Shown here one piece after another: positions 9,918-19,976 of a stretch of DNA of 64,000 nucleotides. The notes under the pieces are model-generated. The model was not told the DNA's origin and did no database searches. It saw only the letters and a program-made list of their open reading frames with translations. Source of the DNA: a virus (taxonomy: Duplodnaviria; Caudoviricetes); the IMG/VR virus record IMGVR_UViG_3300042908_001106, positions 11,494 through 75,493 of that record; one strand, given 5' to 3'. The position numbers and the translations under genes are program-made. Positions within the stretch are counted from its first letter, which is position 1; each line of letters begins with the position of its first letter.

Positions 9918-10566
9918 ACCTCAAATAACCACAAACAGGTTGATATTTTCGGGTTGATTGATTGCCAACTCTAAAGGAATATTTGCACTCATCCCCTGGA
10001 ATATTTTGGGTTTCGTGAGGGAGAATGAACACAGTCCCAATGATTTGTTCCTCTCCATTGGCTAAAATTGTGGTGTCATCCTCAGAAATCCCACCGGGCA
10101 TTAGTTCAACTTTTTTACTAATAACGGGTGTATTTCCTAGTGTTAAAATCTCAAATTCTGCAAAGAGATAACCTAGACGATATCCTGTCAAGATATAAGT
10201 CAGATTGAAACTAGCACCTTTCTTGATTGTTGAGGATTCAATAGGGACTAAATCATCAACAAATAACTCAACTTTTGGAGCCGGAACAGATGGAGAAAAC
10301 ACCCAAGGGACTACGGTGGTTTCCGTTTCTGGGTTAATCTCAGCAATTCCGTGGCGGTGTCTCTCATATTTGTTAATAGTTATTTTTAACAAACTAAAAG
10401 CCGTTGTTATCAAAGGGGAACGATCACGCCCTGTAGTTGCGGATGCTGTTTGGGTGACTGCATCCATTCGGATTAAGGCACCGCGCTCCCTTACCAAATC
10501 CAGAGCCGCGACTTCTGCGGTTTGACTAACCACCGGAATTGTTGCCGAACCTAAAATTAGTGGCAT
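9901..10566 (-). CDS. Putative virion structural protein
   Basis: In the virion operon; GAGG RBS. Confidence 0.45.
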   Translation of the reverse strand: MPLILGSATIPVVSQTAEVAALDLVRERGALIRMDAVTQTASATTGRDRSPLITTAFSLLKITINKYERHRHGIAEINPETETTVVPWVFSPSVPAPKVELFVDDLVPIESSTIKKGASFNLTYILTGYRLGYLFAEFEILTLGNTPVISKKVELMPGGISEDDTTILANGEEQIIGTVFILPHETQNIPGDECKYSFRVGNQSTRKYQPVCGYLRFDCDG

Positions 10567-10575
10567 AATTCCCTC

Positions 10576-11373
10576 CTAAATTAAGGTATGGGTAATCTCA
10601 CCCGCTAGGAATTTGAATTGATCATTGAGATCAATAGCCTTGGCAACATCCAAAGCACCCCCTGCGAGAAATTGACCACCCGTTTGAGAATCATGCCAAC
10701 CGAAATGGGTCTGAGTTCCTTGATTAGCTGTTGCCAGAGGAAACAAGATGTCCGAGCTTAGGAGTTTTTCACCCCCTGACCACGGCGAAAAGTTCACTGC
10801 GCTATTGGCTACAGCTTGACGCGTATAACCCCCTACCGTGGGTTCAGTTCCCCCTGCGGTTGCTGTTGGTGCTGTCAGGTAGTGGGCTGCGTAAATAGTC
10901 GGGAACACGGGGATCGGACTGATGTTATAGCAGTCATTCAAGATTAAATTCTTGAGATAATTGCTATACAGTCCAGAGATAAAGGTATGATTCAATCCCC
11001 CTGCGAGTACGATTAGGCGATCGCGTACCAGGATCGTCTCAACGTCTTCGGCGTGCCAAAAGACGTAACAGTTCCCCGCTACAGACGAATCGAACAAACC
11101 GAATCCGACAATTTGACCCCAATTAGCGGTGGCACGGGGGTAGGTAATATCAAGTAACTGGGTAATTGTTCCCGTTGTTGAGTCGCTAAAATAAGTGCCA
11201 TTCAGTGCTACTCGGTTATATCCCCCGCCCGCAGGTTCAGACCCAGGGCCGTTAACCGATGGGGTAGTGATAAACGCTGCCAAATAGGGAGAATGTGAAC
11301 TTTTAGAATTGCCTCCAAAAATGTGATCGAGATATTTCTGAGCAGCGAGATTGGTAAAAGATCCTGTAGCCAT
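10576..11373 (-). CDS. Virion protein with two internal repeat domains (tail fibre-like)
   Basis: Duplicated motif EP..GGY.R...FP.ATAN.G....FG..DS..G appears twice. Confidence 0.6.
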   Translation of the reverse strand: MATGSFTNLAAQKYLDHIFGGNSKSSHSPYLAAFITTPSVNGPGSEPAGGGYNRVALNGTYFSDSTTGTITQLLDITYPRATANWGQIVGFGLFDSSVAGNCYVFWHAEDVETILVRDRLIVLAGGLNHTFISGLYSNYLKNLILNDCYNISPIPVFPTIYAAHYLTAPTATAGGTEPTVGGYTRQAVANSAVNFSPWSGGEKLLSSDILFPLATANQGTQTHFGWHDSQTGGQFLAGGALDVAKAIDLNDQFKFLAGEITHTLI

Positions 11374-11710
11374 TATTATCTTCTCCTATTGAGAAGGGAT
11401 TGAATTGAGAGATTGATTTGTAGCCGATTGTTTTGGCTAATTCTCGTCTGAGTTTTTCCAAGTGATAACCGATGTCACACCTGCGATGTTCTTTCCATTC
11501 AATGACATCTACTCGGGTTAATCCTGTAGCCGCTTCGTCTGATTTATCCTCAAAATCTTTGATTCTAAGAATTAGCTTTTGGGTTTGTTGAACCCAAGCC
11601 TCAGAGCGAGTTTCTAAGGTTTCTAGTAGAGTCATTACAGGCGTTTCTTCGGAAATGTCAACTTGTAAAATTCTCAAAACTTCCCATTTTTCCTCTAAAG
11701 TAAAGGGCAT
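11303..11710 (-). CDS. Putative head-tail connector
   Basis: Follows the capsid gene; 135 aa. Confidence 0.4.
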   Translation of the reverse strand: MPFTLEEKWEVLRILQVDISEETPVMTLLETLETRSEAWVQQTQKLILRIKDFEDKSDEAATGLTRVDVIEWKEHRRCDIGYHLEKLRRELAKTIGYKSISQFNPFSIGEDNNGYRIFYQSRCSEISRSHFWRQF

Positions 11711-11719
11711 TTAATCCCC

Positions 11720-11959
11720 CTATTTGACCGGACAATCAGATGGTTTTGGGGTGACAGGACAAATATACTTTCCCGAATCATCCGTCAGTCTTTTTGACCC
11801 ACAAACGGGACAGGAATAGCCAGCGTATTTTGGATAAATAGGCTTAATGCCCTGGACTTTTTCTTGTTTTTTAGTCTCCGGTTTTGGCTCCGCTTTGGGT
11901 TGAGTTGGTACCGGATCTAAAATTGTTTCCTTGATGGGTTCTTTCTCTGAACTTGCCAT
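11720..11959 (-). CDS. Small Zn-ribbon protein
   Basis: CPVCG...ICP...CP; directly after the capsid gene. Confidence 0.55.
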   Translation of the reverse strand: MASSEKEPIKETILDPVPTQPKAEPKPETKKQEKVQGIKPIYPKYAGYSCPVCGSKRLTDDSGKYICPVTPKPSDCPVK

Positions 11960-11971
11960 TTATTTATGCTC

Positions 11972-13849
11972 CTAAATAGCAACGTCAAGAGTCCGAACTT
12001 CAACAACTCTTAATTGTTGATCGTTAGACATTGGGGGATTAGAAGCCGGATCTACATCCAAAGCAGCCGCGCATTCATACGAGTTCCAGATGAATCGGTT
12101 AATCCGTCCAAAACCGTCTTCTTTGGCTCGTTTAATGGTAAACGGCATGGCGATTGAACGCCCGATGGTGTCACGCCCTGCGACAAAGGATGACCGAGTG
12201 GTTTTAGCACCCGCTCCGGTAGTCTCAGATTGCACACCCTCAGTACCTACAATTCCTGCACCAAAAGCGTTTGACACAAAGATGTGGAAGTTGGCAACGC
12301 TGAACTGATATCCGTCTGTTCTTCCCAAATCATTCATCGTGGTCTGTTTCAGAAGCGACGTTAAATCATTCATCGCCACGCGGGAGGTGTACCGACTATT
12401 CTCTTGTAGGGAATTGGTCAGTGCCGCAGCCGAGAATGGGTTAGTCACTAGAATATAATGCCCATCATCAAGCGGGGGAATTTGGAGACTCCCATAGCAG
12501 TAAGCATAGAGGTTGGTCAAGAAAGTGAGATTAAGTAATCCACTGTCACCCACGTTCACGTTGCCTACGGTCGTTGTCACAACACCGTTATCGTTATAAA
12601 CAATCCGAGTAGTACCACCCCATAGCTCACGAATCAGTAAGTCTTCAAACTGATTGTAGTTATAGCCAAGGTTGCGCTCAATGAATGGCATCAAATCCAT
12701 CAAGGAAGTCCGCATATAGAACTCAGCAACGGTGAGGGGTGGCATGGTAGCATCCTTGCCTAGACCATACTCCTCTAAAATCGCTTTGACGTGACCCGCC
12801 TCAATAGCTTGATTCGTGGCAGTGATATCTACTAAAGGATCTAACTTCCAAGCATTAGTAGAAGTTGCCGAAGCAGAATATCTAACTCGGGGGATTTGAA
12901 TCGTGTCTCCGACGTTATATCCCAAGGAAATATTGCGATTTGCAAATTGCCAGAAGATAAAAGCAGGAGAGTGGTTGACGCGAGTCAGCGCGCTTAAAGT
13001 TTCCAGGAAAAACGGTGAAATAGTTGTAGGGCTGGTATTATCTGAATTTCGCCCTTGCAACAAACCGCCACGCTTCATTTGTTGATCCAATCCATCAATA
13101 ATAGAATCTCTATTTTGACGAACAAATCTATCCAAATTTCCTGTATCTTTAAACTCTACAATCTCACCCGACAAGGGATTAACAGCAGTAGACAGAGGAC
13201 AATCAGCTTTACTTTCCAGGATACGCTTAACTTCTCTATAGGCATCAAGCCCTGAGATTGAGCGAGTCCGACCTTCTACTTGCAGATAAGGTGAGGGTTT
13301 ATAATCTGACTGAATTTGTTGAACGTTTTGATCTACAACGTTTAAATCAAAGCCTGTATCAGCAAAAATCCGAGTCCAATCTGCTGTTTTTTTGCGCTCC
13401 TCTTTAATACTTTCTTGATGTCTTTTTTCAGCTTCAATCAACTGATCTTTAACTTGTTCAGCTTCTTCTTTGGCTTTTTTAAGTTCATCAAGAGCTTGCT
13501 GAATAATCACAGAATCCTTGTCAGCTTGCGCTTTTTCTTTCTGCTGAATCAAGGATCTTAGTGCCACCATATCAAGTTCAACAGTTTTTCCGTCTTCCCC
13601 AACTTCAATCACAGGATCTTTTTGGGGTTGAATAACGGGAACATCTACTGGACTTTCAGCATTATCTTTTCCGACAATTAAACTCGGTTTTTCCATAGTT
13701 GGATTTTCAATTGGAAGGTCTTCTGGCTTGGGAGCTTGATCGGTCTTGCGTTTTTGCTTTGCAGCATTTAAACGTTTGATTGCATCTTGTTCCACTCCCG
13801 ACTCACTATCAGAAAACGTATCCTTTAATATATTTAAGGCACGCTTCAT
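11972..13849 (-). CDS. Major capsid protein with N-terminal scaffold-like extension
   Basis: 625 aa; acidic coiled-coil N-terminus, then GDTIQIPR and C-terminal DGFGR motifs of HK97-fold capsids; downstream of a protease-like gene. Confidence 0.75.
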   Translation of the reverse strand: MKRALNILKDTFSDSESGVEQDAIKRLNAAKQKRKTDQAPKPEDLPIENPTMEKPSLIVGKDNAESPVDVPVIQPQKDPVIEVGEDGKTVELDMVALRSLIQQKEKAQADKDSVIIQQALDELKKAKEEAEQVKDQLIEAEKRHQESIKEERKKTADWTRIFADTGFDLNVVDQNVQQIQSDYKPSPYLQVEGRTRSISGLDAYREVKRILESKADCPLSTAVNPLSGEIVEFKDTGNLDRFVRQNRDSIIDGLDQQMKRGGLLQGRNSDNTSPTTISPFFLETLSALTRVNHSPAFIFWQFANRNISLGYNVGDTIQIPRVRYSASATSTNAWKLDPLVDITATNQAIEAGHVKAILEEYGLGKDATMPPLTVAEFYMRTSLMDLMPFIERNLGYNYNQFEDLLIRELWGGTTRIVYNDNGVVTTTVGNVNVGDSGLLNLTFLTNLYAYCYGSLQIPPLDDGHYILVTNPFSAAALTNSLQENSRYTSRVAMNDLTSLLKQTTMNDLGRTDGYQFSVANFHIFVSNAFGAGIVGTEGVQSETTGAGAKTTRSSFVAGRDTIGRSIAMPFTIKRAKEDGFGRINRFIWNSYECAAALDVDPASNPPMSNDQQLRVVEVRTLDVAI

Positions 13850-13945
13850 TTTAAGATTGGTAGGTATGCAATTCTGAGTTTATCCCAAGCGTTTAAGCGA
13901 AGTGATACAATTTATTCAGAAGTGATATAGATTGAGGGGGTAGGT

Positions 13946-14197
13946 ATGCAAACGAAGCCCAAAAGCCACAATATTCCTAGTGGCTCCGAGGATAATATAA
14001 ACGAATTTAGCTTAGGAGAATTGATATTAATTGCCAGAAACCGAGCCAACTTATCCCAGGAAACGCTAGGGAAAAGGGCAGATATTGCCCGATTGAGTAT
14101 TCATAGATATGAGCATGACCTGTCAGTCCCATCTTGTGATCGGCTTGAGAGGATAGCCAAGGTTGTCAATCATCCGATTAATTGGTTCTATCAATAA
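13946..14197 (+). CDS. XRE-family HTH regulator
   Basis: ARNRANLSQETLG...IHRYE...PS...LERIA signature. Confidence 0.8.
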   Translation: MQTKPKSHNIPSGSEDNINEFSLGELILIARNRANLSQETLGKRADIARLSIHRYEHDLSVPSCDRLERIAKVVNHPINWFYQ

Positions 14198-14211
14198 ATT
14201 GATTTGTTCTA

Positions 14212-14889
14212 TCAATGATCATAATTTTCTGGTAGCTCAACCTTAGCACCTGGTAGATTTGGGATTAGAACTAGACTAACTTCTCCCAAATCTTTAGAGC
14301 CTTTCCTGATATAAAATGGGGCTGTTATTTCGGTATCTGGTTCTACTAGGGATGGGATAAGATGGGGACAAGCTGCGTCATAAAATGAGCAGTCGCACAA
14401 CGGACACCAAAGATCCTCTATTGTGAAATGTCCTAAAGACACATAACAAATAGTTCCCATCCAAAGGGATTCTAAGATAGGAGAATCAACAGAAACGAAC
14501 GCTTTTAACTCTAATTTTGCATAGCCTTCATCGGCAACAATCCATCGGTTTAAATCAAAATTCCCCGCTTTTGTCAGTTCCTCAAACGGGGTTTCTTCCT
14601 CTGATTCAAACTCAGCAGAAAATACCCGTCCCTGAACTTTGCTGATATTTTCCCAGTCGTGATCTAGGGTTAGAGTGATTCCAGGTGCTAACATCGCTAG
14701 ACTTCTCAGGGAATCCAAAGACCACTTACCCCGACTCCTGTTCATCAAATTGTCAGCAGCCATAATTTCTACAACAACAATCTGATGGGGTTCAGCATTA
14801 GAGAATTGCTTAATCTTCTCCATTTCTTCAGGTGTGGGATGGGGAAAGCCAATTCTGGGATTTGCTTGAATATTTGATGTTGCAAACAT
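14212..14889 (-). CDS. Putative prohead maturation protease
   Basis: LDHDW, VSLG and EVSLV..P motifs of HK97/U35-like proteases. Confidence 0.65.
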   Translation of the reverse strand: MFATSNIQANPRIGFPHPTPEEMEKIKQFSNAEPHQIVVVEIMAADNLMNRSRGKWSLDSLRSLAMLAPGITLTLDHDWENISKVQGRVFSAEFESEEETPFEELTKAGNFDLNRWIVADEGYAKLELKAFVSVDSPILESLWMGTICYVSLGHFTIEDLWCPLCDCSFYDAACPHLIPSLVEPDTEITAPFYIRKGSKDLGEVSLVLIPNLPGAKVELPENYDH

Positions 14890-14960
14890 ATTTGTAGGGA
14901 TTTCTAATACAATAAGGTTAAATCAATTCTAGTTTAAAACAAACTACATAGGAGAAAGTC

Positions 14961-15161
14961 ATGGCTGTTCATGTTGATAAAAATAACCCCCAAGAAATTA
15001 TCATTTCTTCTCGCGGGTCAAATGGTCGATTAGCTGAAGTCGGGGTGATAACTGTAACCTTTGCGGGCACTCCCGAAGTTGCCACCATTGCCATTGTACC
15101 CACATCGGGCGAGGCTGTACTTGGTGGCACAACCGCCGCCGTTACCCTAACTTTTGACTAA
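14961..15161 (+). CDS. Hypothetical protein
   Basis: AGGAG RBS, 66 aa. Confidence 0.45.
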   Translation: MAVHVDKNNPQEIIISSRGSNGRLAEVGVITVTFAGTPEVATIAIVPTSGEAVLGGTTAAVTLTFD

Positions 15162-15843
15162 AGTTGGCACAATCAAAAGTCCCAAACCGCTTGACAAAAT
15201 CTCGCGGTTTTTCTTTGGCAAATTTCTTATAACACCCACAATTAGACCTGCACTCGCATTGTTCCGTGGGACTTGGGAGTGTTCCTATAGGTTGCCACCC
15301 CATGCCCTCAAAAGTTAGACACGGCTGGCACGACTCAGTTTTAGTCCTGACCCGACGTTCCCAAGAATAACCCGCTTTCTTGTGTCCTTCAGTTCGGGCT
15401 TTTTCGTGTTGACCTGATCCGGCGTTGCTATACATCTCTAATCGCCTAAAGAAATCAGCTTTGCTAACTCCGGTAGTTTGGATTTCCTTAGCAAATTCCC
15501 TCAAATATTTGTATTCCTTTTTGAGTCGATTGCCAATTAATCCATAGTCCCGTTGATTCATAGAACCTTTACCACCGCGACCAAGTAGGTATGATTGAAT
15601 ATGCAAGTTTTTGAGTGCGATCGCGGTCATTTCTTCCCAAGTTGAGAGGGATATTTTACCATTGACCAATAATTCCCCAATGGTCTTAATATCCCCCTGT
15701 GTCGCCTCAATGTTGCGCTCCATCATAAACTTAATGGCAGTGGCGGGTACAAACTGACCCCGACCCGCACCCTGTTTGTAATGGTAGCGTTGAGTTTTAG
15801 GATTGAATAAGTAATCCATTTTCCCGTGCCTTTTCAGTTTCAA
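15142..15843 (-). CDS. Phage head morphogenesis (MuF-like) minor protein
   Basis: C-terminal SCQPC...CECRSNCGC cysteine motif. Confidence 0.6.
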   Translation of the reverse strand: MKLKRHGKMDYLFNPKTQRYHYKQGAGRGQFVPATAIKFMMERNIEATQGDIKTIGELLVNGKISLSTWEEMTAIALKNLHIQSYLLGRGGKGSMNQRDYGLIGNRLKKEYKYLREFAKEIQTTGVSKADFFRRLEMYSNAGSGQHEKARTEGHKKAGYSWERRVRTKTESCQPCLTFEGMGWQPIGTLPSPTEQCECRSNCGCYKKFAKEKPRDFVKRFGTFDCANFSQKLG

Positions 15844-16018
15844 TCATTCTTGTAGATGCCAAATCTTTTTCATATTTCAACTTAACTTTTACTAAATTAT
15901 CAAGCTGATCAGGTGTCAATTTAACCTCCCCACCATAATCATCATTTATAATCCATAAATCCCCAAGTTTAGCAAGGGTTGGACAACATCTGTTTGAGCA
16001 TAGTTCAATTCTTTCCAT
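15797..16018 (-). CDS. Hypothetical protein
   Basis: Coupled ORF in the operon; CSNRCCP motif. Confidence 0.5.
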   Translation of the reverse strand: MERIELCSNRCCPTLAKLGDLWIINDDYGGEVKLTPDQLDNLVKVKLKYEKDLASTRMIETEKARENGLLIQS

Positions 16019-16392
16019 TATTTAGATCCTAAGTTAAATATTTCAATTGGGGTTTTGTAGTCGGGAATCTCCAAAGTTTTAGGAGTCTTAAAATTTCCCT
16101 CTAACTCCTCTATCTGGGATTCAATTATATTCTCAATCGACACCGAAACATAAGCATTAAATAAACCCGCAAGAATCCCTGTAACGGGACTAAATGGCAT
16201 TCCCAGAACAAAATAAACTAGCACGGAACTCTCAAATGTCTGGCAGTATGGACAATTAAACAACTCCCTAAAAAGTTGGTGTTTCTGTTTAAGTGATTCC
16301 CTAATCCTATCAAGCAATTTGTACTTAAACAAAAACCATCTTAAACCAAGAGACAATAACAGGAAAACTAAAACACTTTCAAAATTAGGCAT
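16018..16392 (-). CDS. Membrane protein (DUF1360-like)
   Basis: Hydrophobic helices around ELFNCPYC. Confidence 0.55.
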   Translation of the reverse strand: MPNFESVLVFLLLSLGLRWFLFKYKLLDRIRESLKQKHQLFRELFNCPYCQTFESSVLVYFVLGMPFSPVTGILAGLFNAYVSVSIENIIESQIEELEGNFKTPKTLEIPDYKTPIEIFNLGSK

Positions 16393-16394
16393 AA

Positions 16395-16952
16395 TTAATC
16401 TTCTGAGATTTCTTGAGTTTGTTCTTTATCAAGGTTTTCAAAGTATTCGATTAATACCTTGTTTTGATAGAGTTGATCATCTACCATTGCCAGAGTTTTC
16501 AAAACTTCCATCCCATTTCGAGAGTGAACTTGCGCTCCTGACTTGGTGGCTTTAGAACAAGCCTTTAGGGAGTCTTGCTCATTATTTGCAGCTTTATAGG
16601 CATTGTTGGAAAGGGTGAGGGAATATGCTCCGTTAGTCTCTAGGGCTTTCCTGAACGCTTGCCATGTTTTTTGTTTTTCCTCTAAATCCTGTTGATAAGC
16701 CATTCTGTCCTTTTCTATTGTTGCCTTAATTATTTCTGCCCGTTCGGCTAGGAGTTCGTGTCTGATTTGCTCCCAAATAGGTAGTTTTTTCCATCGCCTT
16801 AAATTTGTTTCTGAGATGTTAAGCCGCCTACCAATCTCTCGGTTATTCAGGTAAGGGTTCTCAATAACCTCCCTGACCGCTTCCCTGATCCTTTCAATGT
16901 TTGGTACTGAAGCAATAGTTTTATTTAGCGCATGGTGACGCAATAACAACAC
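16395..16952 (-). CDS. HTH protein, possible terminase small subunit
   Basis: N-terminal HTH NREIGRRLNISETNLRRW; first gene of the head operon. Confidence 0.5.
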   Translation of the reverse strand: MLLLRHHALNKTIASVPNIERIREAVREVIENPYLNNREIGRRLNISETNLRRWKKLPIWEQIRHELLAERAEIIKATIEKDRMAYQQDLEEKQKTWQAFRKALETNGAYSLTLSNNAYKAANNEQDSLKACSKATKSGAQVHSRNGMEVLKTLAMVDDQLYQNKVLIEYFENLDKEQTQEISED

Positions 16953-16994
16953 TTTAAAGTTAACATGGTTAAAAGTCTTATTGCAAACTAATTT

Positions 16995-17561
16995 ATGAGT
17001 AAACCTAAAATTACTGAGACAGATATCAGCAAACTAACTCCCGATCCGAATAATGCACGGAAAAGAACGCCGTTATCAGCTAAGGTGATTTCCAAATCCT
17101 TAGAACAGTTTGGGGCTTGCCGTTCCATTGTGATCGACGAGAATGATGTTATCAGGGCGGGTAATGGAACCTTTGAGGAAGCGGGTCAATTAGGGATTGA
17201 GAAGGTTTTAGTTGTAGAAGCCGATGGTAATACGATTGTTGCTGTTAAGCGTAAAGGGTTATCAGAGTCGGATTGGAAACAATATGCGATCGCTGATAAT
17301 ACGGCTTCTGATTTCTCAACATGGGACTTTGATCTTTTAAATGATTTAGCTCAAGAGGTAGATTTTAGTGAGTTCTTTCCTGATTATAAATTAAATGAGT
17401 TATTAGAATCGTTTGGCAAGGGTGAAGGGTTTGGCGATACTGAACAGCAAGAGGAAGATGAGGAATCAAAACCACCAGAAGATTTTAAAGAGTATGACGA
17501 AGACATCGAAACAGAACATACTTGTCCTAAGTGTGGTTATAAATGGTCAGGGGGTAAATAA
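16995..17561 (+). CDS. ParB/Srx-like N-terminal domain protein with C-terminal Zn ribbon
   Basis: LTPDPNNAR...SLEQFG...IVID...AGNG...IADN; ends in CPKCGY. Confidence 0.75.
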   Translation: MSKPKITETDISKLTPDPNNARKRTPLSAKVISKSLEQFGACRSIVIDENDVIRAGNGTFEEAGQLGIEKVLVVEADGNTIVAVKRKGLSESDWKQYAIADNTASDFSTWDFDLLNDLAQEVDFSEFFPDYKLNELLESFGKGEGFGDTEQQEEDEESKPPEDFKEYDEDIETEHTCPKCGYKWSGGK

Positions 17562-18632
17562 ATGAATACTAAACCTATTTACCGCGTTCCTCTAATGAAA
17601 GAGATAGAAGAAATACCCTGGAATGGGTTTAATGTTGTCTCTACATTTAGCGGAACAGGCGGATCATGTCTTGGTTATCGGATGGCTGGCTATCGAGTCT
17701 TGTGGGCTAATGAATTTATTCCTGCGGCTCAGGATTCTTATAAAGCTAATCATCCAAATTCAATTCTTGACAGGCGAGATATCCGAGAGATTTCTGCTCA
17801 GGATATCTTAACAGCAACCGGATTGAAAATAGGAGAGATAGATATATTTGATGGCTCTCCCCCTTGTGCAGCTTTTTCAACAGCAGGAAAACGTGAAGCA
17901 GGATGGGGAAAAGTTAAGCAATATTCAGATACCAAGCAAAGAGTTGATGATTTGTTTTTTGAGTACGCTCGACTAATCAAAGGAACACAGCCTAAAGTCT
18001 TTGTTGCTGAAAACGTATCAGGATTAATCAAAGGAACAGCTAAAGGCTACTTCTTAGAAATCCTTAAAACACTCAAAGATTGCGGTTATAACGTCAAGTG
18101 TAAAGTGCTAGATGCTCAATGGCTTGGTGTTCCTCAAATGCGACAACGGACTATCTTTATAGGTGTTAGGAATGATTTGAAGTTAGAACCTGTTCACCCA
18201 AAACCGTTGCATTATCAGTACACAGTTAGAGATGCTTTACCTTGGATAACTCAGATTAGACAAACAGATGTTTTTGTCGAAGCAGAAACCGATATCTCAA
18301 AATATGCAATTGGTAGAGAATGGGACAAAATAAAACAAGGCGAAAGTTCAGAGAAGTATTTTTCTCTGACTAAGCCACACCTAGATAAACCGTCTCCATG
18401 CGTCACCCAAATAGGCGGTGACAATACTTGTGCATCGGTAGTTCATCCCACAGAAAAACGGAAATTTTCAATTCAAGAGTTAAAACGAATTTGCGCTTTT
18501 CCTGATGATTTCATTCTAACAGGTTCCTACGTCCAACAATGGGAACGATTAGGCCGTGCTGTTCCACCTGTTATGATGTCACATATTGCCAAAACAATTC
18601 AATTAGAAATACTAGAAAAATGTGTGGATTAG
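17562..18632 (+). CDS. C5-cytosine DNA methyltransferase-fold enzyme with motif X Asn to Arg (predicted carboxymethyltransferase)
   Basis: Motif I FSGTGG, IV GSPPC, VI ENV, VIII Q.R.R; motif X is GRAVPP instead of GNAVPP. Confidence 0.9.
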   Translation: MNTKPIYRVPLMKEIEEIPWNGFNVVSTFSGTGGSCLGYRMAGYRVLWANEFIPAAQDSYKANHPNSILDRRDIREISAQDILTATGLKIGEIDIFDGSPPCAAFSTAGKREAGWGKVKQYSDTKQRVDDLFFEYARLIKGTQPKVFVAENVSGLIKGTAKGYFLEILKTLKDCGYNVKCKVLDAQWLGVPQMRQRTIFIGVRNDLKLEPVHPKPLHYQYTVRDALPWITQIRQTDVFVEAETDISKYAIGREWDKIKQGESSEKYFSLTKPHLDKPSPCVTQIGGDNTCASVVHPTEKRKFSIQELKRICAFPDDFILTGSYVQQWERLGRAVPPVMMSHIAKTIQLEILEKCVD

Positions 18633-19975
18633 CGGGTACATACAAATCCAGCGTAGATGTAGAGTCTATGCTTCTTAAAATAATACATAGGGGGCGAGAT
18701 GGTCAAGGTGTTCACAAGCATGAAGACACTGTTCATGGTCACGTTAGGCTGTCTTTACTTGATTTAAGTTCGGCATCTAAACAACCTTTTATCTTAAATA
18801 ATTCCACTCTTTCATTTAATGGTGAGATATGGAATTATAGAGATATAAAAAAGAAGTTACAAGACGACGGGTGCAAATTCAATACAACAGGTGACACCGA
18901 AGTATTGAGTCAATTTTTAGATATTTACGGTGTTTCACGGCTAAATCAACTAGAGGGAATGTTTGCTTTTGTATGGAGTAAAGGGGATGAGCATTGGCTT
19001 GTGAGAGACCGTTTTGGTGAGATACCCTTGTATCTGGCAAAAACGAATAAAGGGTATATTTGGGCATCTGAAAGAAAAGCATTTCCTAGTGGTGTTATGC
19101 CTGTTGCCGTTCCTCCGGGCTATGCTTTTAATCTAGTGAAAGGCGAGTGGTTTCAATGGTACAAGCTACCAGGAACAACACCACAGCAAAATATATTAGA
19201 TTGCTTGAATAGGGGTGTAGAACAAAGATTAAATGCTGATGCTCCCGTCTGCTGTCTTATATCGGGCGGATTAGATAGCGTCTTGGTTCTGCAAATAGCA
19301 AAGTCTATAAACAAAAACATCGTAGCTTTTACAGCAAAAATGCGTAATGATTCAAATGATTTACTAGCAGCCAGGAAGATATGTAGTGAGTATGAAATTC
19401 AATTAATAGAAGTGCCAGTATCTATTGATTTAGATTCTTTAACTAACGCAGCCAAGGTAATAGAAATTAACAGCAAAGCTCAAATAGAGATAGCTTCATT
19501 ATGTCTACCATTAGCACAAAGGATAAGGGCAGAAGGCTTTAAATCTTGCTTATCTGGTGAAGCTGCCGACGAGCTTTTTGGTGGTTATGGTAATTTCTGT
19601 ATTCAGGCATCCAAAAGCACAAATACAGAAGTTATATCTCTTAGAAAAAGTCAATTAGCAAAAATGGCAAGAGGTAATTTTGTTAGGTGCAATAAGTCTT
19701 TTATGTATGGTGGCGTAGAGTGTAGATTGCCTTTTATGGATGTGAAGTTAGTTGAATATGCCATAAACTTAGACCTCTCGCAATCACCACCAAATAAAAA
19801 ACTACTGAAATCCGCGTCGGCTAGACTGCTACCTAAATGGGTGATATCCAGGGTTAAGGATACTTTTCAAGGTGGTAGTGGTGTGTCCGATTGGACAGAG
19901 AAAAATATAGCATCGCCAATAAAATTTTACAACAACGAACTAAAGAAAACTTTTGGATACTTACCCAAGGATTAA
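18620..19975 (+). CDS. Asparagine synthetase B-like glutamine amidotransferase
   Basis: True start MCG at 18620 (Ntn Cys2); HRGRD, NGEIWN, DTE, RDRFGE, SGGLDS and SGEAADELFGGY motifs. Confidence 0.9.
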   Translation: MCGLAGTYKSSVDVESMLLKIIHRGRDGQGVHKHEDTVHGHVRLSLLDLSSASKQPFILNNSTLSFNGEIWNYRDIKKKLQDDGCKFNTTGDTEVLSQFLDIYGVSRLNQLEGMFAFVWSKGDEHWLVRDRFGEIPLYLAKTNKGYIWASERKAFPSGVMPVAVPPGYAFNLVKGEWFQWYKLPGTTPQQNILDCLNRGVEQRLNADAPVCCLISGGLDSVLVLQIAKSINKNIVAFTAKMRNDSNDLLAARKICSEYEIQLIEVPVSIDLDSLTNAAKVIEINSKAQIEIASLCLPLAQRIRAEGFKSCLSGEAADELFGGYGNFCIQASKSTNTEVISLRKSQLAKMARGNFVRCNKSFMYGGVECRLPFMDVKLVEYAINLDLSQSPPNKKLLKSASARLLPKWVISRVKDTFQGGSGVSDWTEKNIASPIKFYNNELKKTFGYLPKD

Positions 19976-19976
19976 C

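Noticed and set aside
1420-13255. Numerous short antisense or nested ORFs in the track (e.g. 1420..1704, 9102..9377, 10205..10525, 12090..12308)
   Set aside because: They are shadows of long, well-supported genes, with no RBS or motifs.
18539-18619. ORF-track N-terminal extension of the AsnB-like gene
   Set aside because: Ntn amidotransferases need Cys at position 2, so MCG at 18620 is the plausible start.
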